The notes under the pieces are model-generated. The model saw only the letters and a list, made by a program, of their open reading frames with translations. It was not told the origin of the DNA and ran no database searches. Positions 30,579-40,542 of a stretch of DNA of 64,000 bases are shown piece after piece. The translations under genes and the position numbers were made by a program. Each line of letters opens with the position of its first letter. Positions within the stretch are counted from its first letter, which is position 1. The stretch is taken from the NCBI GenBank assembly GCA_044376115.1, contig JBILLK010000036.1:1-64000 (forward strand), in the 5' to 3' direction. This DNA comes from Polyangiaceae bacterium. Lineage in GTDB: Bacteria; Myxococcota_A; Polyangia; Polyangiales; Polyangiaceae.

Positions 30579-33500
30579 ATGGCGGGGGGTAGTACGAGCC
30601 GGGTGACGCAGTCGAAAGCGGCAGTACCTCAAGCACGGTTCTCGGCCGCGCGCGTCGCTGGCGCCTACCTCGTCGTCGGGCTGCTGTGGGTAGGCCTCTC
30701 TGATTTCGCGCTGCAGGAGGCGGGGGACCTCACGGCGGAGGGCCTTCTCCTTGCCGTCGGCAAAGGGGCGACCTTCATCGCGCTCTCCGCAGGGCTGATT
30801 TACTACTTGGTTCGCCGCGAGCTGCGCACGGTGGCCAAGGCAACTGCTCCGCTGCGAGCCGTGATCGACGGCACCAGCGACGCTGTGTTCGTCAAAGATC
30901 TGGATGGCCGTTATCTCCTGTTCAACGAGGCAGCGTCTGCGTTCGTTGGGAAGCCGATCGAGGAGGTGCTCGGTCGCGATGACAAAGCCCTTTTCGATAA
31001 AGCAGGCGCCGCGCAAATCATGGCCGCCGACAAAGAGGTCATTTCGAGCGGCGCCACGATCACCAACGAGGAGACAGCAACATCGGCTGGCAAAACCCGC
31101 ACCTACCAAGCGACCAAAGCCCCGTATCGCGACGAAAACGGCGTGGTGATCGGGGTGATCGGCATCTCGCGCGACATCTCCGAGCGGACGCAGGTGGAGG
31201 CGACGCTGCGTGAGAGCGAAGCGCGCTTTCGCGAACTGGCCGACGCCATTCCACAGATTGTTTGGACGGCCAACCCCGATGGCAGCCTCACCCACATTAA
31301 CGCCCTCGCCACGACGTACTCCGGTCTTCCGCAGGAGGCGCTGGTCGGTTGGGCGTTGGACGAGATCGTCCACCCGGAGGACCTGCCCACGCTCGAGGCT
31401 TCACGGGCAGCGAGCACATCAACCGGCATTCCGCGGGACGTCGAATTTCGGCTACGCCGTGCAGACGGAGCGTACCGCTGGCACGTCAGCCGTCAGGTCC
31501 CTTCGCGCGCGGCCGACGGCACAGTGACCCACTGGTACGGCACCTGCACCGACATCGACGATCTGAAGCAGGTCGAGCACGCGTTGCGGCAGACCGACGA
31601 GCGCTTGCGCGAAGCCCAACGGATCGCCCACATCGGAAGTTGGAGTTGGGAGCCACCCATTGACCGCGTTTGGTGGTCGGACGCTGAGTACGATCTGTTT
31701 GCCGTTGATCGCTCTACGAGCCCTTCCTTTGGGGCCTTTCTCGAGCTTGTTCATCCCGAGGATCGGCCGATTGCCATCGCCAGGGTCGAGGCGATGCGGG
31801 CCGGGGCCAACGAGTTCGCCGACGATCTGCGCTTGCTGCGCCCGGATGGGTCGGTGGTCTGGATCTACAGCCTCGGTCGCGCCACACGCGACGCCGAGGG
31901 AAAGCTCTTGCGGGTTGAAGGAACCGACCAAGACATCACTGCGCGTGTCCTCGCCGCTCGAGAATTGCGAGCCGAACGTGACCGCTTCGAAAGCCTCGCC
32001 GAAACGTTGCCGGTGGCGATCTGCTCCTTCCAGCTGAGCGCACAGGGCAAGTTGACGATGCCCTACGCCAACCCGCGTATCGAACCGCTGTACGGCCTGT
32101 CACCAAGCGAACTGGCGCAGGATGCAGCGCAGGTCTTCAAGTTCATCCATGCCGATGACGTCGCGCGGGTGCGAGACAACGTCATTGCTTCGGCGCAGAA
32201 GCATTCGGCGTGGCGGCAAGAGTTTCGCGTCAACAGTCCCCGCCTAGGGGAGATCTGGTTGGAGGGTGCCGCAAGCCCGACAAAGGCGCCAGATGGCTCG
32301 ATTCTTTGGCATGGCTATGTGAACGACATCACCGCTCGCAAGCAAGCCGACGCGCTGTTGCGAGCGAGCGAAGAGCGCCTGCGTTTAGCGCTGGAGGCGG
32401 CTGGCGCAATTGCGTTCGTGTGGGACGTCCCAAGCGATGCCGTGACTCGCTACTTCAGCAAAGAGCCGGCCTTGCCCGTCACCGCGGAGCACGTGGGCAC
32501 ACTGACCGAGGTGCGTCAGCGCATTCACCCTGACGACCTCGCCGGGTTCGATCGGCGGCTTAAAGCCTGCCTCGACGAGGGGAGCGACTACCACAACGCG
32601 TACCGCGTGGTCCGACCTGACGGCACCACTGCCTTCCTGGATGAGCACGGCTTCCTCGAGCGTGCGGCCGACGGCTCACCGCTTCGTCTCACCGCTATGT
32701 CGATCGACGTCAGCGAGCGAATCGCTGCCGGCGAGGCGTTGCTGGCAAGCGAGGAGCGCTATCGGCAGCTGGTCGCGGTAATGCCCACGGCGATCCTCGT
32801 GCACGACGGCGAGCGGATCCTTTTCTGCAATGCCGCCTTCGTTCAGCTGATCGGAGCGAGCTCCGAAGTCGAGGTACTCAAACAGAGGCCCTTGGATTGG
32901 GTGGTTCCCGATGACCGCACGCTCGCTCGGGCACGCCTGCTCGAGCATCACGCTTCGGCGGAATCAGTGTCCGGGACGTTGCTTCGCTTTACTCGCGTCG
33001 ATGGTCGGCCAGTTCCCACGTACGCGGTCTCCGCGCCGGTCACTGGCTACGGGCCCAAAGCCTCCTTGCTCGTTCTTTCGGACCTGACCGAGCGGGAGCG
33101 ATCCACGGCTTTGTTGCGGTCGGTCCTAGGCAGCGTGGATGACGCCATCGTGACGATCGATGCCCGCGGCGCGATCACCTCGGTCAACGGCGCAACCGAG
33201 CATCTGTTCGGTTTTACCGAGGCGGAGCTGCTGGGTGCAAACGTCAGCATGCTGATGCCCGAGCCTCACGGCGACAATCACGATGGTTACATCGCCAACT
33301 ACCTGCATACCGGAATCGCTCGGGTGATCGGCACGGGCCGCGAGGTCGAAGCCCGCTCCAAAGACGGGAGCACCTTCCCGGCCGAAGTGACCGTGACCGA
33401 GTTCTTTAGTGATGGTGAGAGAAACTTCACCGGGGTCATCCGCGACATCACTGCTCGGCGCCGCTTGGAGGCGCAGTTTCGGCAGGCGCAAAAGATGGAG

Positions 33501-34604
33501 GCCGTTGGTCGCCTCGCCGGCGGTGTCGCTCATGACTTCAACAACCTGCTCACGGTGATCAACGTATACGCCGAAGTGTTGCTGCAAGGGCTGCCACCCG
33601 GTGACCCCGCACGCGAGCCGCTTGCCGCCGTTCACGACGCAGGCGAGCGCGCAGCACGATTGACCGAACAACTCTTGGCCTTCAGTCGAAAGTCGGTGGT
33701 CGCACCGCGGCGTATCGACCTGAACGAGCTGGTCACGGAGTCCTCCAAGTTGTTGCGCCGGCTGCTCGGCGAAGACGTCGCGCTGGCCGTCCTGACCGAC
33801 GCTGCTTCAGCGCACGTGTTGATCGACCCAGGGCAACTCGAGCAAGTGCTGATGAACTTGGCGGTGAACGCCCGCGACGCGATGCCCACCGGAGGCCGGC
33901 TGACCATCGAGTCGCGCACGATTGCGCGCGAAGACAGAGCCAAACGCTCTCATCCCGAGTTGCCGGCCGGGCGTTACATCGCGTTGCGGGTATCGGACAC
34001 GGGCTGTGGCATGAACGACGAGGTCCGACAAAAGATCTTCGAACCCTTCTTCACCACCAAGCCCATCGGGCAGGGCACCGGTTTGGGGCTCGCCGTCGTG
34101 CATGGCGTGGTCGCCGAGGCTGGCGGTTCAATCGAGGTTGAGTCCAGCGTCGGGCGTGGAACGACGTTTACCATCCTGCTTCCCGAGGCGACGGCGCCTG
34201 CTGGGACAGCGGACGCCTCGATCACGCCGGTCGCCCCACGTGGTCATGAGACGGTGCTGCTGGTGGAGGACGAAGCAGCGGTACGCTCGCTCGTTCAGTT
34301 CACCCTCGAGGGCCTAGGCTACACGGTGCTGCCTAGCTCGACCGGTGAACAAGCCCTCGCGCTGCTCAAGACCCATCGAGTCGACCTGTTGATCTCCGAT
34401 GTGGTCATGCCACAAATGAGCGGGGATGAACTGATGAAGGCGGCTCGCGCGATCAACCCGGCCTTGCGGGTGCTCTTCATGAGCGGTTACACCGCCGACG
34501 TACTCGACCGGCATGATCTTCAGCGCAGCGGCACACCGTTCATCCAGAAGCCGTTCACCGCGCTTGGCTTGGCGCGCAGAGTGCGGGCCAGCCTCGAGAC
34601 GTAG
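30579..34604 (+). CDS. Membrane multi-PAS hybrid histidine kinase with a C-terminal receiver domain
   Basis: Two N-terminal TMs, ~7 PAS/PAC repeats, AHDFNN H-box, NARDAM, DTGCG, PFFTTK, GTGLGL and receiver LLISDVVMP. Confidence 0.95.
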   Translation: MAGGSTSRVTQSKAAVPQARFSAARVAGAYLVVGLLWVGLSDFALQEAGDLTAEGLLLAVGKGATFIALSAGLIYYLVRRELRTVAKATAPLRAVIDGTSDAVFVKDLDGRYLLFNEAASAFVGKPIEEVLGRDDKALFDKAGAAQIMAADKEVISSGATITNEETATSAGKTRTYQATKAPYRDENGVVIGVIGISRDISERTQVEATLRESEARFRELADAIPQIVWTANPDGSLTHINALATTYSGLPQEALVGWALDEIVHPEDLPTLEASRAASTSTGIPRDVEFRLRRADGAYRWHVSRQVPSRAADGTVTHWYGTCTDIDDLKQVEHALRQTDERLREAQRIAHIGSWSWEPPIDRVWWSDAEYDLFAVDRSTSPSFGAFLELVHPEDRPIAIARVEAMRAGANEFADDLRLLRPDGSVVWIYSLGRATRDAEGKLLRVEGTDQDITARVLAARELRAERDRFESLAETLPVAICSFQLSAQGKLTMPYANPRIEPLYGLSPSELAQDAAQVFKFIHADDVARVRDNVIASAQKHSAWRQEFRVNSPRLGEIWLEGAASPTKAPDGSILWHGYVNDITARKQADALLRASEERLRLALEAAGAIAFVWDVPSDAVTRYFSKEPALPVTAEHVGTLTEVRQRIHPDDLAGFDRRLKACLDEGSDYHNAYRVVRPDGTTAFLDEHGFLERAADGSPLRLTAMSIDVSERIAAGEALLASEERYRQLVAVMPTAILVHDGERILFCNAAFVQLIGASSEVEVLKQRPLDWVVPDDRTLARARLLEHHASAESVSGTLLRFTRVDGRPVPTYAVSAPVTGYGPKASLLVLSDLTERERSTALLRSVLGSVDDAIVTIDARGAITSVNGATEHLFGFTEAELLGANVSMLMPEPHGDNHDGYIANYLHTGIARVIGTGREVEARSKDGSTFPAEVTVTEFFSDGERNFTGVIRDITARRRLEAQFRQAQKMEAVGRLAGGVAHDFNNLLTVINVYAEVLLQGLPPGDPAREPLAAVHDAGERAARLTEQLLAFSRKSVVAPRRIDLNELVTESSKLLRRLLGEDVALAVLTDAASAHVLIDPGQLEQVLMNLAVNARDAMPTGGRLTIESRTIAREDRAKRSHPELPAGRYIALRVSDTGCGMNDEVRQKIFEPFFTTKPIGQGTGLGLAVVHGVVAEAGGSIEVESSVGRGTTFTILLPEATAPAGTADASITPVAPRGHETVLLVEDEAAVRSLVQFTLEGLGYTVLPSSTGEQALALLKTHRVDLLISDVVMPQMSGDELMKAARAINPALRVLFMSGYTADVLDRHDLQRSGTPFIQKPFTALGLARRVRASLET

Positions 34605-34676
34605 CGCGAAGAAACGGCTGAAGGCCCCGATTGTACTGCGCTTTGGTCCCAGTCATTTAGCCAGGCCTGGTACCAT

Positions 34677-36299
34677 GTGCGGATGGCTTCAGGCGCCGCT
34701 GACCTCTCCACAGTGGATGGTGGTCCTATTGGTGGATCGAGTGGCGGCCCGCATACGCGCCGTCCGAGCCTGCCGATGTTGACCATCCTGGGTCACCCGT
34801 CTACGCGCCGAGTCGGTGAGCGTGTGGGGTTACCAGGGTTGGACGTGGGGGCGCCCGTGTTGGTGTCTCGCCTCGATCCGCAGTTCACCGCTCCGCGCGG
34901 AGATCGAGCCGCAGGGCTCCTCGACGTCCACCTGAGCAGAGCTCCGTTGCGAATCATCCGACTCGGTGATGGCCGTATCCGCTTCGACAAACGCGATACC
35001 ACCTCCCGAATCGTGTTGGACGACACGGAGCTCGAGGCGGAGCGCGATTTTCCTGCAAACTGCCTTGAGCACGGGGTCGTGATCGAGCTGGCTGATCGGG
35101 TTGTGCTCTTGCTGCATCGCGGCCCAATCGCGGCGGATGCCAGCGATCACCTCGGGCTACTCGGAGACAGTCTCGAGATTCTTCGGGTTCGTCAGGAGAT
35201 TCGCCGTGTCACTGACATTGACGCAACGGTGTTGATCGTGGGCGAGACGGGGTCGGGAAAGGAGTTGGTCGCGCATGCCGTGCATCACGCCGGGCGAAGG
35301 CGCGAGCGCCCCTTCGTGGCGGTCAACATGGGCGCCGTCCCGGGGAGCCTGGCTGGCGCCGAACTCTTCGGCTCCGAGCGCGGCTCCTTCACTGGCTCGA
35401 TCCGCAATCAAACGGGTCACTTCCGCGCGGCAGCGAACGGAACCCTGTTCCTCGACGAGATCGGAGAGACGCCCTTCGAGGTGCAGGCGATGTTGCTCCG
35501 CGCGCTCGATACAGGGCAGATCCTGCCGATCGGTAGTTCAGAGTCAAAGCCCGTCGGTGCGCGTGTGATCGCGGCAACCGACGCTGACCTGCACGCCCGC
35601 GTGGCGGAAGGAACATTTCGAGCGCCGCTGCTTCATCGTCTGGCTAACTACATGCTCGTCGTGCCTCCGTTGCGCGCACGACGCGACGACATCGCCCGCC
35701 TCTTTTTCCACTTCCTGGAGCTCGAACTGGAACGACGTGGGAGTTCGCTCGAAATCGATCGCACGAGCTCGAACGAACAACCCTTCGTCTCGTCGCGCAT
35801 CGTTTCAACCCTCACCCGCTTCGATTGGCCCGGCAACGTGCGCCAACTTCGCAACGTGGTCAGGCAGCTGGTCATCGGCAATGACGGTGCGGCTGTGCTG
35901 GATCCCGAGATCGACTTGAGGCGCCTTCTCGGTACCCCGGCTGCAGCTTCGGCTGGGCGACTCGAACGGTCGCTCAGCGCCGAGACCACCCCGTCGTCAC
36001 AGAGCCGCCAACGGCGCAAACCTGGCGAGGTCAGCGAACCGGAGCTGCTCGAGGCCCTACGGAACGCACGCTGGGATCTCAAGGCAACCGCGGAACGACT
36101 GCGAATATCACGTACGTCGCTTTACGCCCTGCTCGAGTCGACGCCGGCCGTTCGGCGCGCAAACGATCTCGAGAAGGACGAACTCCTAGCCTGTCATCAA
36201 GCCTGTGCTGGCGACATTGAGCGCATGGTCGACCAGCTGACGGTGTCGAAGCCCTCGCTGCTACGACGACTGCGCCAGCTCGGCATCATCGACAGCTAG
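34677..36299 (+). CDS. Sigma54-interaction AAA+ regulator with a variant GSFTGS loop and a double C-terminal HTH
   Basis: [29 protein letters not shown] and WPGNVRQL. Confidence 0.88.
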   Translation: MRMASGAADLSTVDGGPIGGSSGGPHTRRPSLPMLTILGHPSTRRVGERVGLPGLDVGAPVLVSRLDPQFTAPRGDRAAGLLDVHLSRAPLRIIRLGDGRIRFDKRDTTSRIVLDDTELEAERDFPANCLEHGVVIELADRVVLLLHRGPIAADASDHLGLLGDSLEILRVRQEIRRVTDIDATVLIVGETGSGKELVAHAVHHAGRRRERPFVAVNMGAVPGSLAGAELFGSERGSFTGSIRNQTGHFRAAANGTLFLDEIGETPFEVQAMLLRALDTGQILPIGSSESKPVGARVIAATDADLHARVAEGTFRAPLLHRLANYMLVVPPLRARRDDIARLFFHFLELELERRGSSLEIDRTSSNEQPFVSSRIVSTLTRFDWPGNVRQLRNVVRQLVIGNDGAAVLDPEIDLRRLLGTPAAASAGRLERSLSAETTPSSQSRQRRKPGEVSEPELLEALRNARWDLKATAERLRISRTSLYALLESTPAVRRANDLEKDELLACHQACAGDIERMVDQLTVSKPSLLRRLRQLGIIDS

Positions 36300-36313
36300 C
36301 TCGAGCTCGATCC

Positions 36314-37117
36314 CTAGATCCCGACGTCGAGCAGGACCTGCGTCAGGAGGTAGTTCGCGATCAGGATCGCTACGCAGCTTTGAACGACGGCGCGGGTGGT
36401 CGCGAGGCCGACGCCGCGGGCACCTCCGCTAGCGAAGAAGCCGTGGCGGCACGAGATGGTCGTGAGCAAGAAGCCGAAGACGGTGCTCTTGAAGAGGCCC
36501 ATCGAGAGATCTTTGGGCACCGCGATATCGCGGATGCTTTGCAGCCAAATTCCTTCATCTCCACCGAGCCACATCACTGCGACCAGGTACGAGCCCGCCA
36601 TGCCGACGGTGGAATAGAGCGCGCACAAGAGCGGGAGCATCACCACCGACGCGAACAGCCGCGGCGCGAGCAGGTACTGCACTGGGCTCACGCCCATCGT
36701 GGTGATCGCGTCGATCTGCTCGGTGACGCGCATGTTGCCGAGCTCCGCGGCCATTGCGCTACCGGCGCGCGCGGTCACCATGATCGAGGTGAAGACCGGA
36801 GCGAGCTCGCGCAATAGCGACACGGCCACGATGCCGCCCACGCGCCCTTCGGCGCTGAAAGCTCGCAGCGCGTAGACGGTCTGCAACGTCACGACCATGC
36901 CGCTGAAGGTGCCAGTGAGCGCGACGATGGCCACCGATTGTGCGCCCACGAAGTCCATCGCTGCGAGCAGCTGGGCCCCGCGATACGGCGGCCGAATCAG
37001 CCAAAGCAACGTGCGGCCGGTCAACATCAGGTACGTCCCGATGTTCTCCAAAAAGTCGAGCGCCGGGCCGAAGAGCTCGGCGAAGACCGACTTCTTATCC
37101 TCTCCGTCGTCAGACAC
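36314..37117 (-). CDS. mlaE: MlaE-family ABC transporter permease
   Basis: RELAPV, ARAGSAMAAELGNMRVTEQIDA..MGVSP..YL..PR and GGARGVG.ATT.AVV. Confidence 0.92.
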   Translation of the reverse strand: MSDDGEDKKSVFAELFGPALDFLENIGTYLMLTGRTLLWLIRPPYRGAQLLAAMDFVGAQSVAIVALTGTFSGMVVTLQTVYALRAFSAEGRVGGIVAVSLLRELAPVFTSIMVTARAGSAMAAELGNMRVTEQIDAITTMGVSPVQYLLAPRLFASVVMLPLLCALYSTVGMAGSYLVAVMWLGGDEGIWLQSIRDIAVPKDLSMGLFKSTVFGFLLTTISCRHGFFASGGARGVGLATTRAVVQSCVAILIANYLLTQVLLDVGI

Positions 37118-37129
37118 CGCGGCTAATAC

Positions 37130-37633
37130 CTACCACGATGGTGCAATGCCGGGGAAACCGGCCGCGAGCCGCTCCAACATTTGCTTGGAGCGCTCACCGT
37201 TCGAGCGCAGCTCGAGTGCTCGGCTCGTGCCGGCGGTTTGGCTCGTGGTAACGCTGAGCGCCAGGATCAGCGCGTCTCCGCCGAGCTCGCTCGCGTACGG
37301 CAGGCCCCATTCGACCAGCAGGCTCGCGCCCGCGGAGCGCTCTTCCGCGAGGTCCAGCGCCCACAGCTCGCTCGCCGACTTGACGCGGTAGAGGTCGGCG
37401 TGGAGCACGCGCGGCGTGGTCTCGTAGTGATGCACCAAAGTGAAGGTGGGGCTGGTCACGCGCTCCTGGCTACTCACGCCCAAGGCGCGCAAGAGCGCCC
37501 GCACGAAGAAGGTCTTGCCGGCGCCCAGCGGCCCGTCGAGCAGCACCAGATCACCGGGGCCGAGCGTGCGCGCCAGCCGCTGCGCAAAGCGTTTGGTCTC
37601 GCGCCGATTTGGAAGAGGGAAGGAGGTGGACAA
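37130..37633 (-). CDS. tsaE: tRNA t6A37 biosynthesis ATPase TsaE
   Basis: GPLGAGKT, VTSPTFTLVH.Y, HADLYR and LVEW. TTG start inferred. Confidence 0.92.
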   Translation of the reverse strand: MSTSFPLPNRRETKRFAQRLARTLGPGDLVLLDGPLGAGKTFFVRALLRALGVSSQERVTSPTFTLVHHYETTPRVLHADLYRVKSASELWALDLAEERSAGASLLVEWGLPYASELGGDALILALSVTTSQTAGTSRALELRSNGERSKQMLERLAAGFPGIAPSW

Positions 37634-37651
37634 TGCAGTTAGAGTAGCCCG

Positions 37652-38884
37652 GTGCGGCCCCTCGATATCGGAATCATCGGTTGTGGTACTGCGGGCCCTG
37701 CGGCCGCACTCTTTCTGGCCGAGCAAGGGCACGATGTCACGATCTACGAGCGAGTGGAGGCGCCGCGTGCCGTGGGCGCTGGCATCATCCTGCAGCCCAC
37801 CGGCCAAGCGGTACTCAAGCGGCTGGGCGTGTTTGAGCATGTGAACGAACGCGGCGCTCGGCTCGACGGTCTGATCGTGCACCGTGAAAACGGCAAGACG
37901 CTGATCGAGCTCTCATATGGATCGGTCTCCGAGCGTTATTACGGTCTGGGCATTCACCGCGGCGTGCTGTTCGAGGCGCTGTTCAACGCCGTGAAGCGTC
38001 ATCCGCGCATCAAGCTCTTGCTGGGCGTTACCGGGGACGGGCTCGTGCGTGCGGCGAACAAGCGCTTCTTCATGCAAGACGAGCACGGCCAGCGCTTTGG
38101 CCCGCATGATTTGATCATCGCGGCCGACGGCGCAAAATCGCGCTTTCGCGATGACACAGGCCTGCTGCGCTCGGCCGATCCCTACCCGTGGGGCGCTCTT
38201 TGGTACTTGGCCGACGACCCGGAGCGGCGCTTCAACGGCAAGCTCTACCAAACCGTCTCCGGCACGCGCCGCATGCTCGGGATGCTGCCCACCGGGCGTG
38301 GTCCCGAGCTCGATGGCAGCGGCGCCCAAACCAACAAGGTCAGCCTGTATTGGAGCATCGCGGTCGACCAGGTGGAGAGCTTCCGGCGCACCGGCTTTGA
38401 AGCGTGGAAAGCCGAGATCCGCGAGCTGCGTGATGACGCCGACTTCGTCCTCGATCAGATCGAATCGCCCGAGCAGCTCTTGTTTTCGCAATACCACGAC
38501 GTGGTGATGTCGCCCTGGCACACGCGCGCCGTGGTGCACCTCGGAGATTCGGCGCATGCGACGAGCCCGCAGCTGGGGCAGGGCGCCAACCTCGCACTGT
38601 GGGACGCGATGGTCCTGGCCGACGCGATCGCCGCGGAGCCAAGCGAGCTCGTGCGCGCGCTATCGAACTACTCACGGTTGCGTCGCAGCCACCTCGGTTA
38701 CTACCAATTTGCAACCCGCGCGCTCACCCCGTTCTTCCAGAGCAACCACGATGCACTGGGCGTCTTGCGCGATTGGTTCATGCCCATCGCCAGCCGAGTG
38801 CCCTTCGTCAACCGCGCCATGGTCCTCGGCATGACCGGCACCATGGCGGGCTTTACGATGGGAGAGCTGGAGCTGCCGGAGTAG
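37652..38884 (+). CDS. FAD-dependent monooxygenase
   Basis: GCGTAG, GAGIILQP, AADGAKS and GDSAHATSPQLGQGANLA. Confidence 0.9.
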   Translation: MRPLDIGIIGCGTAGPAAALFLAEQGHDVTIYERVEAPRAVGAGIILQPTGQAVLKRLGVFEHVNERGARLDGLIVHRENGKTLIELSYGSVSERYYGLGIHRGVLFEALFNAVKRHPRIKLLLGVTGDGLVRAANKRFFMQDEHGQRFGPHDLIIAADGAKSRFRDDTGLLRSADPYPWGALWYLADDPERRFNGKLYQTVSGTRRMLGMLPTGRGPELDGSGAQTNKVSLYWSIAVDQVESFRRTGFEAWKAEIRELRDDADFVLDQIESPEQLLFSQYHDVVMSPWHTRAVVHLGDSAHATSPQLGQGANLALWDAMVLADAIAAEPSELVRALSNYSRLRRSHLGYYQFATRALTPFFQSNHDALGVLRDWFMPIASRVPFVNRAMVLGMTGTMAGFTMGELELPE

Positions 38885-38889
38885 GGCGG

Positions 38890-39756
38890 CTAGCGCGTTT
38901 GGACCACCTCGGCGCGGGTGCAAACGCCTTGCTCGTCAAAGCTGAGCAGCAGCTCGGGGCCGCCGCCACGGGCACCGCGTGCGAGCTTGTATAGGCTATA
39001 AAACGCTTGGTTGGCGCTTTTGCATGGCGCGGTGAACGGCTCTCTGCACGCGTACGGAACGCCGAGAATGTTCTCAAGTTGGGTCCGGTTGATGCCGACG
39101 AGAAAGTCCACCGCCGGGATCGGCTCGAGCACGAACGGCTTCCCACTCGGCGCGCGTTTGATTGAGACCAGCGCCGTGCCCAAGGCCCCCAACGGGCCAG
39201 CTCCACCCTCGAGCGGCGGCCGACCGTTAAGGATTACGGCCTCTTGTTTCAGCGCGCAGCGCGGCAGATAGCCGCCACCACATTCACAAAAGCAACGGCC
39301 GAACAGGCTGCACGGACACGAACAGCCGCCTTCGGTCGCGACGCATCCTTTGGCCGCCGCACACTGCTCCTTCGCTGCCTTCTGCCGCTCCGGCGTCACC
39401 GCGGGATCGACCGCCGAGCCGATCAGATCGGCGTGCCGCACCGCGGCCTCGCAGGCGTTCTCGGCGCTGCGGCAGAGCGGCTTGCTGTACGTCGGTTGGT
39501 CCAAGATGCAGCCAGCCGTCTGCGCGCATTGCTGGTGCGAAAGGCCGCTACAAGGGTCGTCGTTCGCGGCGGGCGTGGCCGAAGGCAGTGCACGAGGCAG
39601 CGGCGTTGAGGCTGTTGCAGACCTGCTGGTCGTGAGCGGGCCCGATGCGCTCGCGCTGATTGCGGCGCTCGAGCCCGAGGTCAGCGCCGCGGGCTCACTT
39701 GCGCAGCCCATCGCTATGACCAGCAACACCGCCGCCCGCCGCAGAACCAATTGCAT
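38890..39756 (-). CDS. Cys-rich lipoprotein
   Basis: Lipobox AMGC; CSCPC...CFCEC cluster. Confidence 0.65.
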   Translation of the reverse strand: MQLVLRRAAVLLVIAMGCASEPAALTSGSSAAISASASGPLTTSRSATASTPLPRALPSATPAANDDPCSGLSHQQCAQTAGCILDQPTYSKPLCRSAENACEAAVRHADLIGSAVDPAVTPERQKAAKEQCAAAKGCVATEGGCSCPCSLFGRCFCECGGGYLPRCALKQEAVILNGRPPLEGGAGPLGALGTALVSIKRAPSGKPFVLEPIPAVDFLVGINRTQLENILGVPYACREPFTAPCKSANQAFYSLYKLARGARGGGPELLLSFDEQGVCTRAEVVQTR

Positions 39757-39816
39757 GGCTGCATGCTACGCGAGCGGCGTCAGACTCACCGAGCTCATGC
39801 GTCGGTTACGCCGGAT

Positions 39817-39888
39817 GCCTCGTGATGCGACGGGAGTCGCAGCTCCACTGTCGATGGAGTGAGACGGGTTCGACTCCCGTACGGGGCG
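39817..39888 (+). tRNA. Non-canonical tRNA-Asp(GTC) or tRNA-like RNA
   Basis: Acceptor gcctcgt/acggggc; D-arm tgcgac-ggga-gtcgca; anticodon arm ctcca-ctGTCga-tggag; T-arm acggg-ttcgact-cccgt; discriminator G; no encoded CCA. Confidence 0.8.
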
Positions 39889-39898
39889 CTAACGCGAA

Positions 39899-40453
39899 CT
39901 ATTGGACGTAGATCACGCCCTGCATCGAGCCGCCGTGCACCGTGCAGAAGTACGGGTACTCGCCCACCTCTTCGAACGCGACCGTGGCCGAGCCGCCCGA
40001 TTGATCGCTTCCGGTGATGGGCGAGGTCGGGTCGGTCACCGGCGTCACGCCACCTGCGAGCGGGTGGAAGGTGAAGTTACCGGTCCAGGTCACGCTCGAA
40101 CCGACGCTGATGATCACGCACTGCGCGTGCGGGATCAGCCAGGGATCGAGCGTCACGTCGCCACCGCTGAGGTCTTCGGCGCTCGCCAGCGTGCAACCGT
40201 TGACGCCCGCACCACCCGCGCCGCCGTCACCGCCAGCGCCGCCGGCCGCGCCGCCCTGGCCGCCTTGAGCGCCGCTGCCGCCTTCACCGCCGAGGCCGCC
40301 TTCACCGCCCTGCGTTTGACCGCCGCCGCCTTCAGGGGCACCCGCGCTGCCGCCGGTCCCGCCCGTTCCACCTGCGCCGCCGCTGCCGCTATCACCGCAG
40401 GCCGAAAGCAGAGTGGTCATCGCTAGCACCAAGCCAAGAGTTTGAATCTTCAT
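39899..40453 (-). CDS. Gly-rich lipoprotein with a plastocyanin-like cupredoxin domain
   Basis: Lipobox LSAC; type-1 copper ligands in HPL...YPYFCTVHGGSMQG. Confidence 0.85.
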   Translation of the reverse strand: MKIQTLGLVLAMTTLLSACGDSGSGGAGGTGGTGGSAGAPEGGGGQTQGGEGGLGGEGGSGAQGGQGGAAGGAGGDGGAGGAGVNGCTLASAEDLSGGDVTLDPWLIPHAQCVIISVGSSVTWTGNFTFHPLAGGVTPVTDPTSPITGSDQSGGSATVAFEEVGEYPYFCTVHGGSMQGVIYVQ

Positions 40454-40542
40454 CGCAATACCTTGGCCCAACTTTGGGTGCGGCGGCAAGTCAGGGCTGC
40501 TCGTTGTGTCAACAATTGATCTCTTCAGCGGAGTTGCCCCGG

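Noticed and set aside
37652..38884. TetX-like resistance monooxygenase
   Set aside because: Only generic flavin monooxygenase motifs are visible; the substrate cannot be inferred.
39817..39888. tRNA-Sec, or an integration site for the T6SS island
   Set aside because: The anticodon is GTC, the acceptor stem is 7 bp and the variable arm is short. I saw no duplicated tRNA 3' end at the island borders, and native-looking genes intervene.
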